From: an uncultured Micavibrio sp.
GTDB taxonomy: Bacteria > Pseudomonadota > Alphaproteobacteria > Micavibrionales > Micavibrionaceae
Direction: 5' to 3'
Length of the DNA: 64,000 nt
Assembly: GCA_964587815.1 (NCBI GenBank)
Contig: CAZPMH010000001.1
Location: 140,857-204,856, forward strand
Made by a program: the position numbers and the translations under genes. Positions 10,203-20,075 of this stretch are shown here, piece by piece. Within the stretch, counting starts at the first letter, position 1. Every line of letters begins with the position of its first letter. The notes beneath the pieces are model-generated. The model ran no database searches. It worked only from the letters and a program-made list of their open reading frames with translations, and was not told the origin of the DNA.

Positions 10203-10781
10203 TTAATTTTCTTCCCTTATGTTGTCATCATCGAAAATGAAAGATGCGCGGTCGATTTCTTTATCTTTAACACCTAAATTCGTGCGCATAAACTGTGACA
10301 TTTTGTCGACGACCTTTTCATCCCATTCTTCATTATCAGAAACAGTTGCGTACAAGTTGCGCTTGATGGCCTGCTCGAGCGTGGAACGAGGTAATCCCTC
10401 TATGTCTTTATCAGAAAGCGTTTCAGGGGCAACCGCATATTGATAAGCATGCATACGGCCGTTAAATGCCTTCATCATGCGTTTCATATGGCGTTTCATA
10501 CCCGTGTCGCCGATTCCGATTTCGCGCAATGTTTGATCCATATCTTTAAATGTCACATCGAACAAAGCTTGGGCGAGCTGCTCGTAGCCCTCTTCGTTCA
10601 TACGGCGATTGAGAACAATAAAGAGATGGATTAGTAGCAAGTCAAAACGTCCGTCAAGCGTATCCGGCACACCGTAACTTTCATAAAATGACGGCTCGCG
10701 CGTGTGCAAGAGCGCGTCACAATAAAGCTTTTCTGCGGAAGCTCTTTGTTTGTTTTTGGGCTTAAATAAAGTTGCAAACAT
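10203..10781 (-). CDS. ubiquinol-cytochrome c chaperone (Cbp3-like) family protein
   Basis: GRFDLLLIHLFIVLNR and FKDMDQTLREIGIGD motifs characteristic of the Ubiq_cyt_C_chap family. Confidence 0.8.
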   Translation of the reverse strand: MFATLFKPKNKQRASAEKLYCDALLHTREPSFYESYGVPDTLDGRFDLLLIHLFIVLNRRMNEEGYEQLAQALFDVTFKDMDQTLREIGIGDTGMKRHMKRMMKAFNGRMHAYQYAVAPETLSDKDIEGLPRSTLEQAIKRNLYATVSDNEEWDEKVVDKMSQFMRTNLGVKDKEIDRASFIFDDDNIREEN

Positions 10782-10881
10782 CTCGTTTTGCCGTTTTGGC
10801 GTTTTCTTGTGGTATTTTTATTTCTATTGGTTAGTGTTATAAAAAATATCATCTTTAGACAAGAGAACCATTAAGAATATT

Positions 10882-11340
10882 ATGCGCCCTGTTCTTCAAA
10901 TTTTGTTTTTTTTCTTAGCCTGTTCTTCTATCGCCGCATGTTCGCCTGTAGTTGCGCAGCGTGGCAACATGTTGGCAGAGCATCAGTTAGAGAATGTTCG
11001 TATTAATGAGCACACACGCTCTGACGTATTGCGCATTTTGGGCTCTCCCACCACGCAATCTACTTTTAATCCTAATATCTGGTATTACATCGGGCAGGAA
11101 ACGGAAAAACGCGGCATCATGGATGACCAAGTTACTGATGAGAAAATTATTTCCGTTTTCTTTGATAAGCAAGGGGTTGTTCGTAAAATTGAAGATAAAA
11201 GCGGCGCAAGAATTGATGTGCCGATTTCTGACGATCAAACCAAAACGTACGGCAACGAGTTGACCTTTATGCAGCAGCTTTTGGGGAATGTCGGTAAGTT
11301 TAACACACCACAGTCAAGCCCGACCGATTTGGGTCGTTAA
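10882..11340 (+). CDS. bamE: outer membrane protein assembly factor BamE (SmpA/OmlA)
   Basis: Lipobox IAAC followed by VVAQRGN...RILGSPT..S.F..N.WYYI, typical of BamE. Confidence 0.8.
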   Translation: MRPVLQILFFFLACSSIAACSPVVAQRGNMLAEHQLENVRINEHTRSDVLRILGSPTTQSTFNPNIWYYIGQETEKRGIMDDQVTDEKIISVFFDKQGVVRKIEDKSGARIDVPISDDQTKTYGNELTFMQQLLGNVGKFNTPQSSPTDLGR

Positions 11341-11365
11341 GGCACATCATTGTTTTTAGGTAAAC

Positions 11366-11779
11366 TTATATCGGGCGTTGTTGAACAACCTGCAGAAGCA
11401 CTTCTGTGTCGATGTCGTCGCCGACAATTTTGTTTGTCACTGCATTCAATTTATCTTTGATCATTTTGACCTGAATAACGCCGCCTTTTAGGGCTGCATG
11501 TTTATTCAAAATGCCGTACATATTTTGAATATAAGCATCGGCGAGGCGAGGCTTGATCGATTTGATTTTATCAGCATCGGAACTTCCGCCAACCTCTATC
11601 GCGACAACCATGCTCACGACCTGTTGCACACCATCATCATCGATAATCGGCAGTAATAGTGGGTCCATTTTCACGTATTCGGCGCCAGTGCTTTTCTTTT
11701 CTGCGCCTGCAGACAAGGCAGGTGATGAGACGATAACGCCGCACGCGAGAACCGATAAAAGTGTCAGTGTTTTACGCAT
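11366..11779 (-). CDS. periplasmic FliL-like / hypothetical protein
   Basis: The signal peptide starts at internal ATG 11779 (MRKTLTLLSVLACGVIVSSPALSA). The layout (EYVKMDPLLLPII...VVAIEV...IKPRLADAY) resembles the FliL family. The assignment is tentative. Confidence 0.4.
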   Translation of the reverse strand: MRKTLTLLSVLACGVIVSSPALSAGAEKKSTGAEYVKMDPLLLPIIDDDGVQQVVSMVVAIEVGGSSDADKIKSIKPRLADAYIQNMYGILNKHAALKGGVIQVKMIKDKLNAVTNKIVGDDIDTEVLLQVVQQRPI

Positions 11780-11915
11780 TATTATTCCTGTACGTTTTAT
11801 TTGCAAGGGGAGCAAATATTCATATCCCGAGAACCAGAATATCAAAGAAAGTTTAATACAGATTTAGCTTTAGGTAAAATTTAATCTTTATTGTTTGGAT
11901 GTTTTGTATTTTACC

Positions 11916-12419
11916 TCAAGAACGAATGGCTTTAGAGACATTGTCCAGAATACCATTAACAAAACCGGCCTGACCTTTACCGTAGAAACTGTGGGTGACA
12001 TCGATATAATCATTCACGATAAGCGGCGCGTCTATCTTGTCATGACATAACAGTTCAGTTACACCACAAAGCATGATTGATTTCAGCAAAGGCTCTATTT
12101 CTTTGGTGTTTTCGGTCGCTTCATTATCGGTGTTATTTTTAATGCTCGATTTTAAAATCACATCGACTTCGCTAAGACGTTTTTGAAGATTTGTCATGAT
12201 GTTTTTAAACAACGTGCCGTGGGGCTTGAATATTTGAATGTCGGAGCTCTCTTCATCGGCGCCCATTTCAATCGGCATGCCGCGTTCCAGATATTCCTGC
12301 ACCACTTCGGGCACAGGGCGTTGATTTTGTAGGAGCTGATAGCAAGCCTGAGCGGCCATCATACGAGCGACGAGTTCTTTATTCTGGTTCAGGTCAATTT
12401 GTTTTGCGGGTTTTGACAT
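11916..12419 (-). CDS. nusB: transcription antitermination factor NusB
   Basis: 167 aa. The RMMAAQACYQ N-terminal helix is typical of NusB. Conserved ribH-nusB adjacency. Confidence 0.9.
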   Translation of the reverse strand: MSKPAKQIDLNQNKELVARMMAAQACYQLLQNQRPVPEVVQEYLERGMPIEMGADEESSDIQIFKPHGTLFKNIMTNLQKRLSEVDVILKSSIKNNTDNEATENTKEIEPLLKSIMLCGVTELLCHDKIDAPLIVNDYIDVTHSFYGKGQAGFVNGILDNVSKAIRS

Positions 12420-12424
12420 ACTTA

Positions 12425-12850
12425 CTACTTCTGAAATTGTTTTTTAATTTTTATGAGCCCAAGAACAGCGGATACTGCGTCTGCGCCCTTATTTTTTTCG
12501 CGTGGGTCAGCACGCTGGACGGCTTGTTCCATCGTGTCGCATGTTAGAATTGCGTTTCCGATGGGAAAATTATTTTCAAGCGCAAGATTTGTTATGCCGC
12601 GTGCGCTTTCATTGCAGACGATGTCATAGTGAGAGGTTTCGCCGCGAATGACACAGCCCAAGGCAAGCGCGCCGTCATACTTACCGCTTTCCATACCCAG
12701 TTTAATTGCCAGCGGTATTTCGAGCGCGCCTGATGCTTCGATGATATCGAATGTTGCAGATGCGTCGTTCAAAGCGGTTTGCGTGCCGTTCATCAGCAGT
12801 TTTGCGACATCTTCGTAATATGGTGATGTAACGATTAGTATGTGGGGCAT
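12425..12850 (-). CDS. ribH: 6,7-dimethyl-8-ribityllumazine synthase
   Basis: 141 aa. GALEIP and LGCVIRGETSHYD motifs. Confidence 0.9.
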   Translation of the reverse strand: MPHILIVTSPYYEDVAKLLMNGTQTALNDASATFDIIEASGALEIPLAIKLGMESGKYDGALALGCVIRGETSHYDIVCNESARGITNLALENNFPIGNAILTCDTMEQAVQRADPREKNKGADAVSAVLGLIKIKKQFQK

Positions 12851-12862
12851 TAAGTGTCTTTC

Positions 12863-14029
12863 TTAGGTGATTTTGCGATGGCCGTGAATGTGAAGGCCAT
12901 AGCCCTCCAATCCGGGAATGTTTTTCGGGCTGTTTGACAACAAGGTCATGTCTTTTACGCCCAAATCGAGCAATATCTGCGCGCCGATACCATAATCGCG
13001 TAACACTGCATCTTTTTTCGGTGCATCGACTGGAGCAGCACTGAGGCGCTCGGACAGGCTGTGCGGGTTTGGTGGACGCAAGATGACCACAACACCGCAT
13101 TCTTCCTGCGCAACAATCCGCATGGCGTTTTCAAGCATCCGATCGGGATCGGCGCCGAGAGCATCTTTTAATGTATCAAGCGCGTGCATGCGCACCAAGA
13201 CAGGCTCTTTGGCGTTTTTTATGTCACCTTTGCTCAGGACTATATGCTCTGCATAGTCGATTTTTGCGGCATAGAGGGTGAGGTCAAACGTGCCGATATC
13301 AGGGGCGTTGAATTCACCTTCGTGAATTTTTTCGACCATGTTTTCGGTGCGGCGGCGATATTCGATCAAGTCAGCGATAGAGCCGATTTTCAGATTATGG
13401 AATTGGGAAAATTGCACCAAGTCACTGAGACGCGCCATTGTGCCGTCATCATTCATGATTTCACAAATCACGCCTGCGCCGCTAAAGCCTGCGAGTTTTG
13501 AAAGATCAACGGCAGCCTCTGTGTGGCCTGCGCGCACCAAAACGCCACCTTCTCTTGCAACCAGTGGGAAAACATGCCCTGGTGTGGCGATGCTGTCAGG
13601 GCCGCTGTTCGGGTTGATGGCGGTTTGAATGGTTTTGGCACGATCTGCTGCAGAAATCCCTGTGGTTACGCCCTCTTTCGCTTCGATGGAGACAGTAAAG
13701 GCCGTACGGTGTTGTGTGTTATTGCCGCGCCCCATCAGATGCAAGCTCAGGCGGTCAACCATCTGTTCTTCCATCGGTAAGCAGATTAGGCCGCGGCCTT
13801 CTTTGGCCATGAAATTGATGTTTTCAGGTGTTGCCATTTGCGCTGCGATCACAAGGTCGCCTTCATTTTCACGATCCTCATCATCGACGATGACCACAGG
13901 CTTGCCGTTACGCATATCGGCGATAATTTCTTCAATATCAGATAGCACGGCCTGATCGTCCTCATGAAGACGTGTATCACTTTGGCGCGCATCGCGGATA
14001 TTTTGTTTGCTGATCGTTGCTTCGGTCAT
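12863..14029 (-). CDS. ribB: 3,4-dihydroxy-2-butanone-4-phosphate synthase fused to a degenerate GTP cyclohydrolase II-like domain (RibBX-type)
   Basis: The N-terminal half has DHBP synthase motifs ([16 protein letters not shown]). The C-terminal half aligns to RibA but reads [19 protein letters not shown] where RibA has RVHSECLTGD...RCDCG. Confidence 0.85.
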   Translation of the reverse strand: MTEATISKQNIRDARQSDTRLHEDDQAVLSDIEEIIADMRNGKPVVIVDDEDRENEGDLVIAAQMATPENINFMAKEGRGLICLPMEEQMVDRLSLHLMGRGNNTQHRTAFTVSIEAKEGVTTGISAADRAKTIQTAINPNSGPDSIATPGHVFPLVAREGGVLVRAGHTEAAVDLSKLAGFSGAGVICEIMNDDGTMARLSDLVQFSQFHNLKIGSIADLIEYRRRTENMVEKIHEGEFNAPDIGTFDLTLYAAKIDYAEHIVLSKGDIKNAKEPVLVRMHALDTLKDALGADPDRMLENAMRIVAQEECGVVVILRPPNPHSLSERLSAAPVDAPKKDAVLRDYGIGAQILLDLGVKDMTLLSNSPKNIPGLEGYGLHIHGHRKIT

Positions 14030-14626
14030 TTATGTGTCTCTAAACTGCATTTGACGTGCAACATAGCGTGCAATCGTGTCAATTTCCAGATTTAGTTTAT
14101 CGCTTGTCTTGCGATCGCCGAGCGTGGTGTGTTCCCAAGTGTGCGGAATAATGTTTACGCCGAAATATTCCTGCTCAACTTCGTTGACAGTCAAAGAGAT
14201 TCCATCAAGTGTGATTGAGCCTTTCGGCGCGATGAATGCTTTAAATTCTTCAGGTATTCTGATTTTTAAGCGGTGCGAGTCGCCTTCGGGCGTGATGTCC
14301 AAAATTTCAGTCACACCATCGACGTGGCCTGAAACGAGGTGTCCGCCAATCTCATCGCCCAGCTTTAAAGATGGCTCGATGTTAATTCGGGTCATGACCC
14401 GCCATGCGCCTATGATGGTTTTATCCAGGCTTTCCTTTGATACATCTACTTTGAAGGTGTTTTTTGACTTCTCGATGACACTCAAACATGCACCGGAACA
14501 AGCAATGGACGCACCGATCTGCACCGGCTCAAGGTTCAAATTCGTTTCGATTTCGATCCGCCAATCGCCTCGCGTTTTGTCGATGTTTTTGACTATTCCG
14601 ATGTCTTGGATCAGACCGGTGAACAT
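14030..14626 (-). CDS. ribE: riboflavin synthase
   Basis: MFTGLIQDIG start, internal duplication with GASIACSGACLSV / GSITLDGISLTV lumazine-binding repeats. Confidence 0.9.
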   Translation of the reverse strand: MFTGLIQDIGIVKNIDKTRGDWRIEIETNLNLEPVQIGASIACSGACLSVIEKSKNTFKVDVSKESLDKTIIGAWRVMTRINIEPSLKLGDEIGGHLVSGHVDGVTEILDITPEGDSHRLKIRIPEEFKAFIAPKGSITLDGISLTVNEVEQEYFGVNIIPHTWEHTTLGDRKTSDKLNLEIDTIARYVARQMQFRDT

Positions 14627-14629
14627 AGA

Positions 14630-15733
14630 TTACTCTTCCTTACTTTTGTGCGTATATATTTCGAGTGTGTCTTCGCCGATTTTGCGCATGTGTTGCAGAA
14701 TCATATTTCGATTTTCTTTTATATTTTCAAGATTTATCCCGCTTACCATGCTTTTTGAATCGCCTCCGAAGACGCGTGGAGCGCGATAGATGAGAAGGTC
14801 ATTCCATAAGCCGCTTTGTAGAAAAGAGGTGTGGATTTGTGCGCCGCCCTCTACCATCAGCCTTGTTACTCCGCGCCTTGCCAATTCTGCAAGGCAAGCC
14901 TTTATGTTATGCGGATCAACATGAATTAAAATGACACCTGTTTGTTCAAGCTCCTCTTTTGTGTCACTCGCGTTTTTATATACGAGCCAGAGCGGCGTTT
15001 CCAAGGCTGTTTTGACCAAATTTGATGACGGGTCAATGCGCATATCCGTATCGAGGACTATGCGTATCGGATTATGGTTAATCCCGTCGACTCGCGTAGT
15101 CAGTGATGGATTATCGCTCCGCGCCGTTTCGATGCCGATAAGGATGGCGTCATGCTGGCTGCGAACCAGATGAGCGTGCTGGCGCGCCGCCTGTCCTGTA
15201 ATCCATTTGCTTTCGCCGTTTTTAAGCGCCGTTTTCCCGTCAAGTGAGCAGGCCGTTTTGAGAGTGACGAGCGGCCTGTTTTGGGTTAGCGTCAGGAAGA
15301 ATCCTTTGTTGACGTCATCACATTCACTTTCAAGAACAGATGAGACAACCTCTATTCCTGCTTTTTCTAAGGTTTGTGCAGCTGTTCCCTGAACTTGCGG
15401 GTTTCTGTCGGTTGAGCCAATAACAACACGCGCGATGCCTGCCTCAATAATGGCTTGCGTGCAGGGCGGCGTGTTTCCTTGGTGAGTACAGGGTTCGAGC
15501 GTAACATAAAGAGTTGCGCCGCTAGCGCCCTGCCCTGCTTTTTCCAAGGCTTGCGTTTCGGCGTGTGGGCGGCCACCGTCGGCTGTTCTGGCGCGAGCAA
15601 TGACATGGTCGTCTTTTACAATGACACAACCAACCGACGGGTTTGGCGCGCAACGCCCTAAACCTGTTCGCGCGATGGATAACGCGTTTTTCATATGCGC
15701 GATATCTTCTGGCGTGTGGTCAGGCGCACTCAC
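14630..15733 (-). CDS. ribD: bifunctional diaminohydroxyphosphoribosylaminopyrimidine deaminase / 5-amino-6-(5-phosphoribosylamino)uracil reductase
   Basis: Deaminase zinc motifs HAE...PCxxxxxxPPC ([20 protein letters not shown]) plus a C-terminal reductase domain. Confidence 0.9.
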   Translation of the reverse strand: MSAPDHTPEDIAHMKNALSIARTGLGRCAPNPSVGCVIVKDDHVIARARTADGGRPHAETQALEKAGQGASGATLYVTLEPCTHQGNTPPCTQAIIEAGIARVVIGSTDRNPQVQGTAAQTLEKAGIEVVSSVLESECDDVNKGFFLTLTQNRPLVTLKTACSLDGKTALKNGESKWITGQAARQHAHLVRSQHDAILIGIETARSDNPSLTTRVDGINHNPIRIVLDTDMRIDPSSNLVKTALETPLWLVYKNASDTKEELEQTGVILIHVDPHNIKACLAELARRGVTRLMVEGGAQIHTSFLQSGLWNDLLIYRAPRVFGGDSKSMVSGINLENIKENRNMILQHMRKIGEDTLEIYTHKSKEE

Positions 15734-16203
15734 TTGCTGGATTCCTTATCCTTTAAGTGTGTGACCTTATCAAGGAAATCATTGAAATCTTTAGGGTTGC
15801 GGAAGTCTTTGTACACAGAGGCAAAACGGATATAACCAACCGCGTCAAGTTCCGTGAGCGCCTCCATGACAAGCGCGCCGATTTTATCGGAATGCACTTC
15901 GGCCTCGCCTTCGGATTCGAGAGCACGAACGATTTTATCGGCTTCTTTTTCGATTGCGGTCAGTTCGACGGGGCGTTTGCGCAACGCCACCTGCATGGAG
16001 CGAATGATTTTATCGCGATCGAAGGGCTGTTTACGCCCCCCGCCTTTTAGTACCGTCATATCACGGAGTTGGACACGTTCAAAGGTCGTGAAGCGCTGGT
16101 TGCAATCAGGGCAGAAACGGCGGCGGCGGATGGCGGAATTATCCTCCGTCGGTCGCGAGTCTTTGACTTGCGTTTCAATATTGCCACAAAACGGACAGCG
16201 CAT
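15730..16203 (-). CDS. nrdR: transcriptional repressor NrdR
   Basis: MRCPFCG...[17 protein letters not shown] zinc ribbon plus ATP-cone. 4-nt overlap with ribD. Confidence 0.95.
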   Translation of the reverse strand: MRCPFCGNIETQVKDSRPTEDNSAIRRRRFCPDCNQRFTTFERVQLRDMTVLKGGGRKQPFDRDKIIRSMQVALRKRPVELTAIEKEADKIVRALESEGEAEVHSDKIGALVMEALTELDAVGYIRFASVYKDFRNPKDFNDFLDKVTHLKDKESSK

Positions 16204-16241
16204 TCAGTCTCCTTTGTTGTGTTTCCTTGTCTATCTATGCC

Positions 16242-17555
16242 TTATAGCGTTGGATAGATCGGGAAACGCTTACATAACGCTTCGACACGTGTGCGCACGG
16301 TTTTCTCAACATCGCCGTTGCCTTCGGGGCCGTTTGCGGCCAAACCGTCGAGAACCTCGACTGCCATGCGACCGACTTCGCGGAATTCATCCGCTCCAAA
16401 GCCGCGTGTCGTGCCCGCCGGTGTGCCGAAACGTACGCCTGATGTGACAAACGGCTTTTCGGGATCAAACGGGACCGCGTTTTTGTTACAGGTCATGCCT
16501 GCGCGCTCCAGAGCTTCTTCTGCGCGGTTACCTGTTAGGCCTTTCGGGCGAAGGTCGAGCAGAACGATATGGCTGTCTGTGCCGCCTGATACGATATCGA
16601 GGCCGCCTTCGATCAACACTTCTGACATTGCGCGTGCATTATCCACGATGGCTTGCGCGTATTCTTTAAAGCTAGGCTTTAAAGCTTCACCGTAAGCAAC
16701 TGCTTTTGCAGCCATTACATGCGCCAAAGGTTTACCCTGCAATCCAGGGAAAACAGCAGTGTTCAGCTTTTTACCGAGATCAAGGTCGTTTGACAGGATC
16801 ATACCGCCTGATGGCCCGCGCAGTGTTTTGTGCGTTGTTGTTGTAACAACATCAGCATGCGGGATGGGTGACGGATATGCACCGCCTGCGACCAAGCCTG
16901 CATAGTGCGCCATATCGACCATAAGTTTAGCGCCGACTTCATCAGCGATTTTGCGGAAACGCGCCCAATCAATCACGCGAGGATAGGCCGATGCACCAGC
17001 GATAATCAGCTTTGGCTTGTGTTCGCGTGCCAAACGCTCCATTTCCTCGTAATCGAGAAGCGCGTCTTCTTTGCGTACGCCGTACTGAACCGCGTTGAAC
17101 CATTTTCCTGATTGTGCAGGAGCCGCGCCGTGTGTGAGGTGACCACCGTGTGCGAGGCTCATGCCAAGAATTGTGTCGCCGGGCTGCAGCAAAGCCATGA
17201 AGACCGCACCGTTTGCTTGCGCGCCTGAGTGTGGCTGTACGTTCACATATTCACAACCGAATAATTCCTTCGCGCGGTCAATCGCAAGCTGTTCAACAAC
17301 ATCAACATGCTCACAGCCACCGTAATAACGCTTGCCCGGATAGCCTTCAGCGTATTTGTTGGTCATGATACAGCCGTTTGCTTCGATCACAGCTAAAGAC
17401 GCAATGTTTTCAGAGGCGATCAGCTCAATTTGGTTTTGTTGGCGCTCAAGCTCGCCGTCCAAAGCGGCCTGTACGGCAGGATCAGCTGTTTTTAGATGTT
17501 CTGTGAAGAAATTGCTCTCGATATATTCGGGAAGTTTTTCTGCTGCATTGCTCAT
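16242..17555 (-). CDS. glyA: serine hydroxymethyltransferase
   Basis: Full-length SHMT with PLP-lysine context [12 protein letters not shown]. Confidence 0.95.
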   Translation of the reverse strand: MSNAAEKLPEYIESNFFTEHLKTADPAVQAALDGELERQQNQIELIASENIASLAVIEANGCIMTNKYAEGYPGKRYYGGCEHVDVVEQLAIDRAKELFGCEYVNVQPHSGAQANGAVFMALLQPGDTILGMSLAHGGHLTHGAAPAQSGKWFNAVQYGVRKEDALLDYEEMERLAREHKPKLIIAGASAYPRVIDWARFRKIADEVGAKLMVDMAHYAGLVAGGAYPSPIPHADVVTTTTHKTLRGPSGGMILSNDLDLGKKLNTAVFPGLQGKPLAHVMAAKAVAYGEALKPSFKEYAQAIVDNARAMSEVLIEGGLDIVSGGTDSHIVLLDLRPKGLTGNRAEEALERAGMTCNKNAVPFDPEKPFVTSGVRFGTPAGTTRGFGADEFREVGRMAVEVLDGLAANGPEGNGDVEKTVRTRVEALCKRFPIYPTL

Positions 17556-17583
17556 AATTGGTTTCCTTTTTTATTGATCAAAA

Positions 17584-18030
17584 TTATGGGGTTATTTTTT
17601 CTATACGACGCTGATGGCGGCCTTCGCTGTTTTTTGCGTCGTCGAATTCTGTATTGATGAATGTTTCAATGATGTCGAAGACAGCCTCTTGCCCCGTGAT
17701 GCGCGCGCCCAAGGCCAGTACGTTTGCATCGTTGTGCTGTCTTGTCAGGCGTGCCATTGTCACATTTGTGCATAAAGCGGCGCGGATATGCTCATGGCGA
17801 TTTAAACTGATGGAGATACCGATGCCGGAACCGCAAATGGCGATACCATATAAATCTTGCTTTTTTTTAAGTTCTTCAGCCAGTTTATGGGCGTAATCAG
17901 GATAGTCCACGGAGTCAGATGAGTCCGTTCCTAAATCGGTGAACGTAATTTGTTTACCAAAACGATTTTTAATCGCCTCTTTTAGCTCGTAGCCGCCGTG
18001 ATCACATGCAATTGCTATATTCTTAATCAT
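17584..18030 (-). CDS. rpiB: ribose-5-phosphate isomerase B
   Basis: IAIACDHGGYELK start and CGSGIGISI active-site loop. Confidence 0.9.
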   Translation of the reverse strand: MIKNIAIACDHGGYELKEAIKNRFGKQITFTDLGTDSSDSVDYPDYAHKLAEELKKKQDLYGIAICGSGIGISISLNRHEHIRAALCTNVTMARLTRQHNDANVLALGARITGQEAVFDIIETFINTEFDDAKNSEGRHQRRIEKITP

Positions 18031-18105
18031 GCCCTTTTATAGGGCGAGACGGTTACAGAAATCAATCCTTTTATGATGGTTTTACGAAAAAGACGTGTGC
18101 AGATT

Positions 18106-18306
18106 TTAAATCAGGTTTTTCTTTTTCAATACATATTCAAGGCGTTTAAGCGCGTTGCGTTTTAACATATCGCGCGGTGTATTCGCCGGCCCTTGAATAG
18201 ACGCTTCGGTCAGAGTTTTTGAGTCCATTGCGGACACTTTCACATACTGCCCTATAGGATGGAATTCAATGATGATTTCTCGATCTTGTAACGGGTTTTG
18301 TGGCAT
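18106..18306 (-). CDS. small conserved hypothetical protein (66 aa)
   Basis: Compact ORF with a plausible fold (IIIEFHPIGQYVKVSAMDSKTLTEASIQGP...ALKRLEYVL). It resembles a small family I recall from alphaproteobacteria, but no function is known. Confidence 0.45.
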   Translation of the reverse strand: MPQNPLQDREIIIEFHPIGQYVKVSAMDSKTLTEASIQGPANTPRDMLKRNALKRLEYVLKKKNLI

Positions 18307-18334
18307 GTTCCTGATTGCCTTACGACCTTTTTAT

Positions 18335-18859
18335 TTAGAAGCCACCCGAGAAGTTTGTTTGCTGTGCCCAGAAGCGCTCCAGCATTTTCAGCGTTTGGTT
18401 CAATTCGCCTAATCGTTCTGCAGTTAGTTCTGTGCCTTCGATTTGATCTTCGTGACGCTTGAACATATCTGAAATCATTTTTCTGAGCTCAATCCCTTTA
18501 TCAGACAAACGAACGCGAATGGAGCGCTTATCGTGCACGGAGCGTTCTTGGATCAGATAGTCATTTTCCACCATCTTCTTCACGTTGTAGGATACGTTTG
18601 AGCCCAGATAATATCCGCGGATTGTCAATTCCCCAACGGTCATCTCCTCCTCACCGACATTATACAGAATCATGCATTGGACGTTGTTAATGTCTTGCAT
18701 GCCCTTCTTATCCAGCTCTACTTTCAACACGTCCAAGAAATGACGGTGTAGTCGTTCTATGAGTTGGATTGAGTCGTAATACGCTGCTGTCACGGAAATC
18801 TCCCGTTGGTGGGTTGATAAATATTGAATGATCGTAATAAAAGTTTGATCACGCTGCAA
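18335..18859 (-). CDS. MarR-family (winged-helix) transcriptional regulator
   Basis: wHTH core MTVGELTIRGYYLGSNVSYNVKKMVENDYLIQERSVHDKRSIRVRLSDKG. TTG start, divergent from hemB. Confidence 0.7.
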   Translation of the reverse strand: MQRDQTFITIIQYLSTHQREISVTAAYYDSIQLIERLHRHFLDVLKVELDKKGMQDINNVQCMILYNVGEEEMTVGELTIRGYYLGSNVSYNVKKMVENDYLIQERSVHDKRSIRVRLSDKGIELRKMISDMFKRHEDQIEGTELTAERLGELNQTLKMLERFWAQQTNFSGGF

Positions 18860-18917
18860 AGTGAATTTATAACTCTTTTAGCTTAAAGAAATGTAAAAAT
18901 AAAAGTAATTGCTAGAT

Positions 18918-19907
18918 ATGACAGGCTTTTTCCCCAAAAAACGTATGCGTAGACTGCGTTCTGCACCATGGATCAGAAATATGGTGCAAGAACATCATTT
19001 GCATGTTAGCGACCTGATTTGGCCTGTTTTTATGGTCGAAGGTGATAATGTTCGCGACCCGATTCCCTCTATGCCGGGTGTTGAGCGCTATTCTATTGAC
19101 GTTCTTTGTGATGAAGTTAAAGCGGCTCGTGATTTGGGAATTCCTGCCATTGCCCTATTCCCTGTGACGCCGCAGGAGAAGAAAAGTGATGATGGTGCAG
19201 AGGCCTTTAATCCTGATAATCTTATTTGCCGCGCTTTAAAGCGATTAAAAGCAGATATCCCTGACATTGGATTGATCACGGATGTCGCACTTGATCCCTA
19301 TACCAGCCATGGGCATGACGGCGTTTTACAAGATGGTCGTATTTTGAATGATGAGACGGTTGATATTTTATGCAAACAGGCCGTTGTCCAAGCCGAAGCA
19401 GGTGCAGATGTGATTGCCCCGTCTGACATGATGGACGGGCGCGTTGGTTTTATTCGCGATGCGCTGGATGATCATGGTTTTCAAGATGTTATGATTATGG
19501 CGTATGCCGCGAAATATGCTTCTGCTTTTTATGGCCCGTTTCGTGATGCTGTGCAGTCTTCTTCTGCGCTTCAGGGTGATAAGAAAACGTATCAGATGAA
19601 CCCTGCTAATGGTGATGAGGCCATGACTGAGGTTGCTCTTGATGTTGATGAAGGCGCCGACATGGTCATGGTGAAGCCGGGTATGCCTTATCTGGATATT
19701 GTCCGAAATGTTAAAGATTCATTTCAAATGCCCACGTTCGCTTATCATGTCAGCGGTGAATACGCGATGTTGCGAGCGGCGTGCGATCAAGGCTGGTTAG
19801 ATTATGACCGATGCATAATAGAAGCAATGTTGTGCTTCAAGCGTGCGGGGTGCGATGGTGTTTTAACCTATGCCGCGCGTGATGTTGCAAAACTTATCCA
19901 GAAGTAA
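18918..19907 (+). CDS. hemB: porphobilinogen synthase (delta-aminolevulinate dehydratase)
   Basis: RMRRLR N-terminus, active-site Lys contexts (MVKPG, AYHVSGEY). I prefer the ATG at 18918 over the TTG at 18909. Confidence 0.95.
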   Translation: MTGFFPKKRMRRLRSAPWIRNMVQEHHLHVSDLIWPVFMVEGDNVRDPIPSMPGVERYSIDVLCDEVKAARDLGIPAIALFPVTPQEKKSDDGAEAFNPDNLICRALKRLKADIPDIGLITDVALDPYTSHGHDGVLQDGRILNDETVDILCKQAVVQAEAGADVIAPSDMMDGRVGFIRDALDDHGFQDVMIMAYAAKYASAFYGPFRDAVQSSSALQGDKKTYQMNPANGDEAMTEVALDVDEGADMVMVKPGMPYLDIVRNVKDSFQMPTFAYHVSGEYAMLRAACDQGWLDYDRCIIEAMLCFKRAGCDGVLTYAARDVAKLIQK

Positions 19908-19992
19908 TTTGTTGAATTTCCGCCTGTTTTCTGCCTGACACTTGATTTCACACCCTAGACAGCGCAGTATTTTTATATTGCGTAAAACTTCG

Positions 19993-20013
19993 ATTCTGCG
20001 ATTCCTGCAGAAT
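19993..20013. promoter_or_regulatory. 7-bp perfect inverted repeat ATTCTGC-N7-GCAGAAT in the hemB-motA intergenic region
   Basis: Read directly from the sequence. It lies 63 nt upstream of the motA ATG and 86 nt downstream of the hemB stop. It could be an operator or a weak terminator. Function unknown. Confidence 0.3.
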
Positions 20014-20075
20014 TATTTCAAATTCTTGACTGCGTTCATCTTCTAACTTTTTGTTTTAACGGATCACTCAGCACC

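Noticed and set aside
12702-13100. 132-aa alternative-frame minus-strand ORF bridging ribH and ribB
   Set aside because: It overlaps two motif-supported genes in a different frame. The product is Arg/Cys-rich nonsense.
14076-14789. 237-aa plus-strand ORF antisense to ribE/ribD
   Set aside because: It is a shadow ORF spanning two well-supported riboflavin genes. The translation is Ser/Pro/Phe-rich and domain-less.
12425-16241. Searched for an FMN riboswitch in the riboflavin cluster
   Set aside because: Gaps between glyA, nrdR, ribD, ribE, ribB, ribH and nusB range from a 4-nt overlap to 38 nt. That leaves no room for an aptamer of about 130 nt or more, and none was recognisable.
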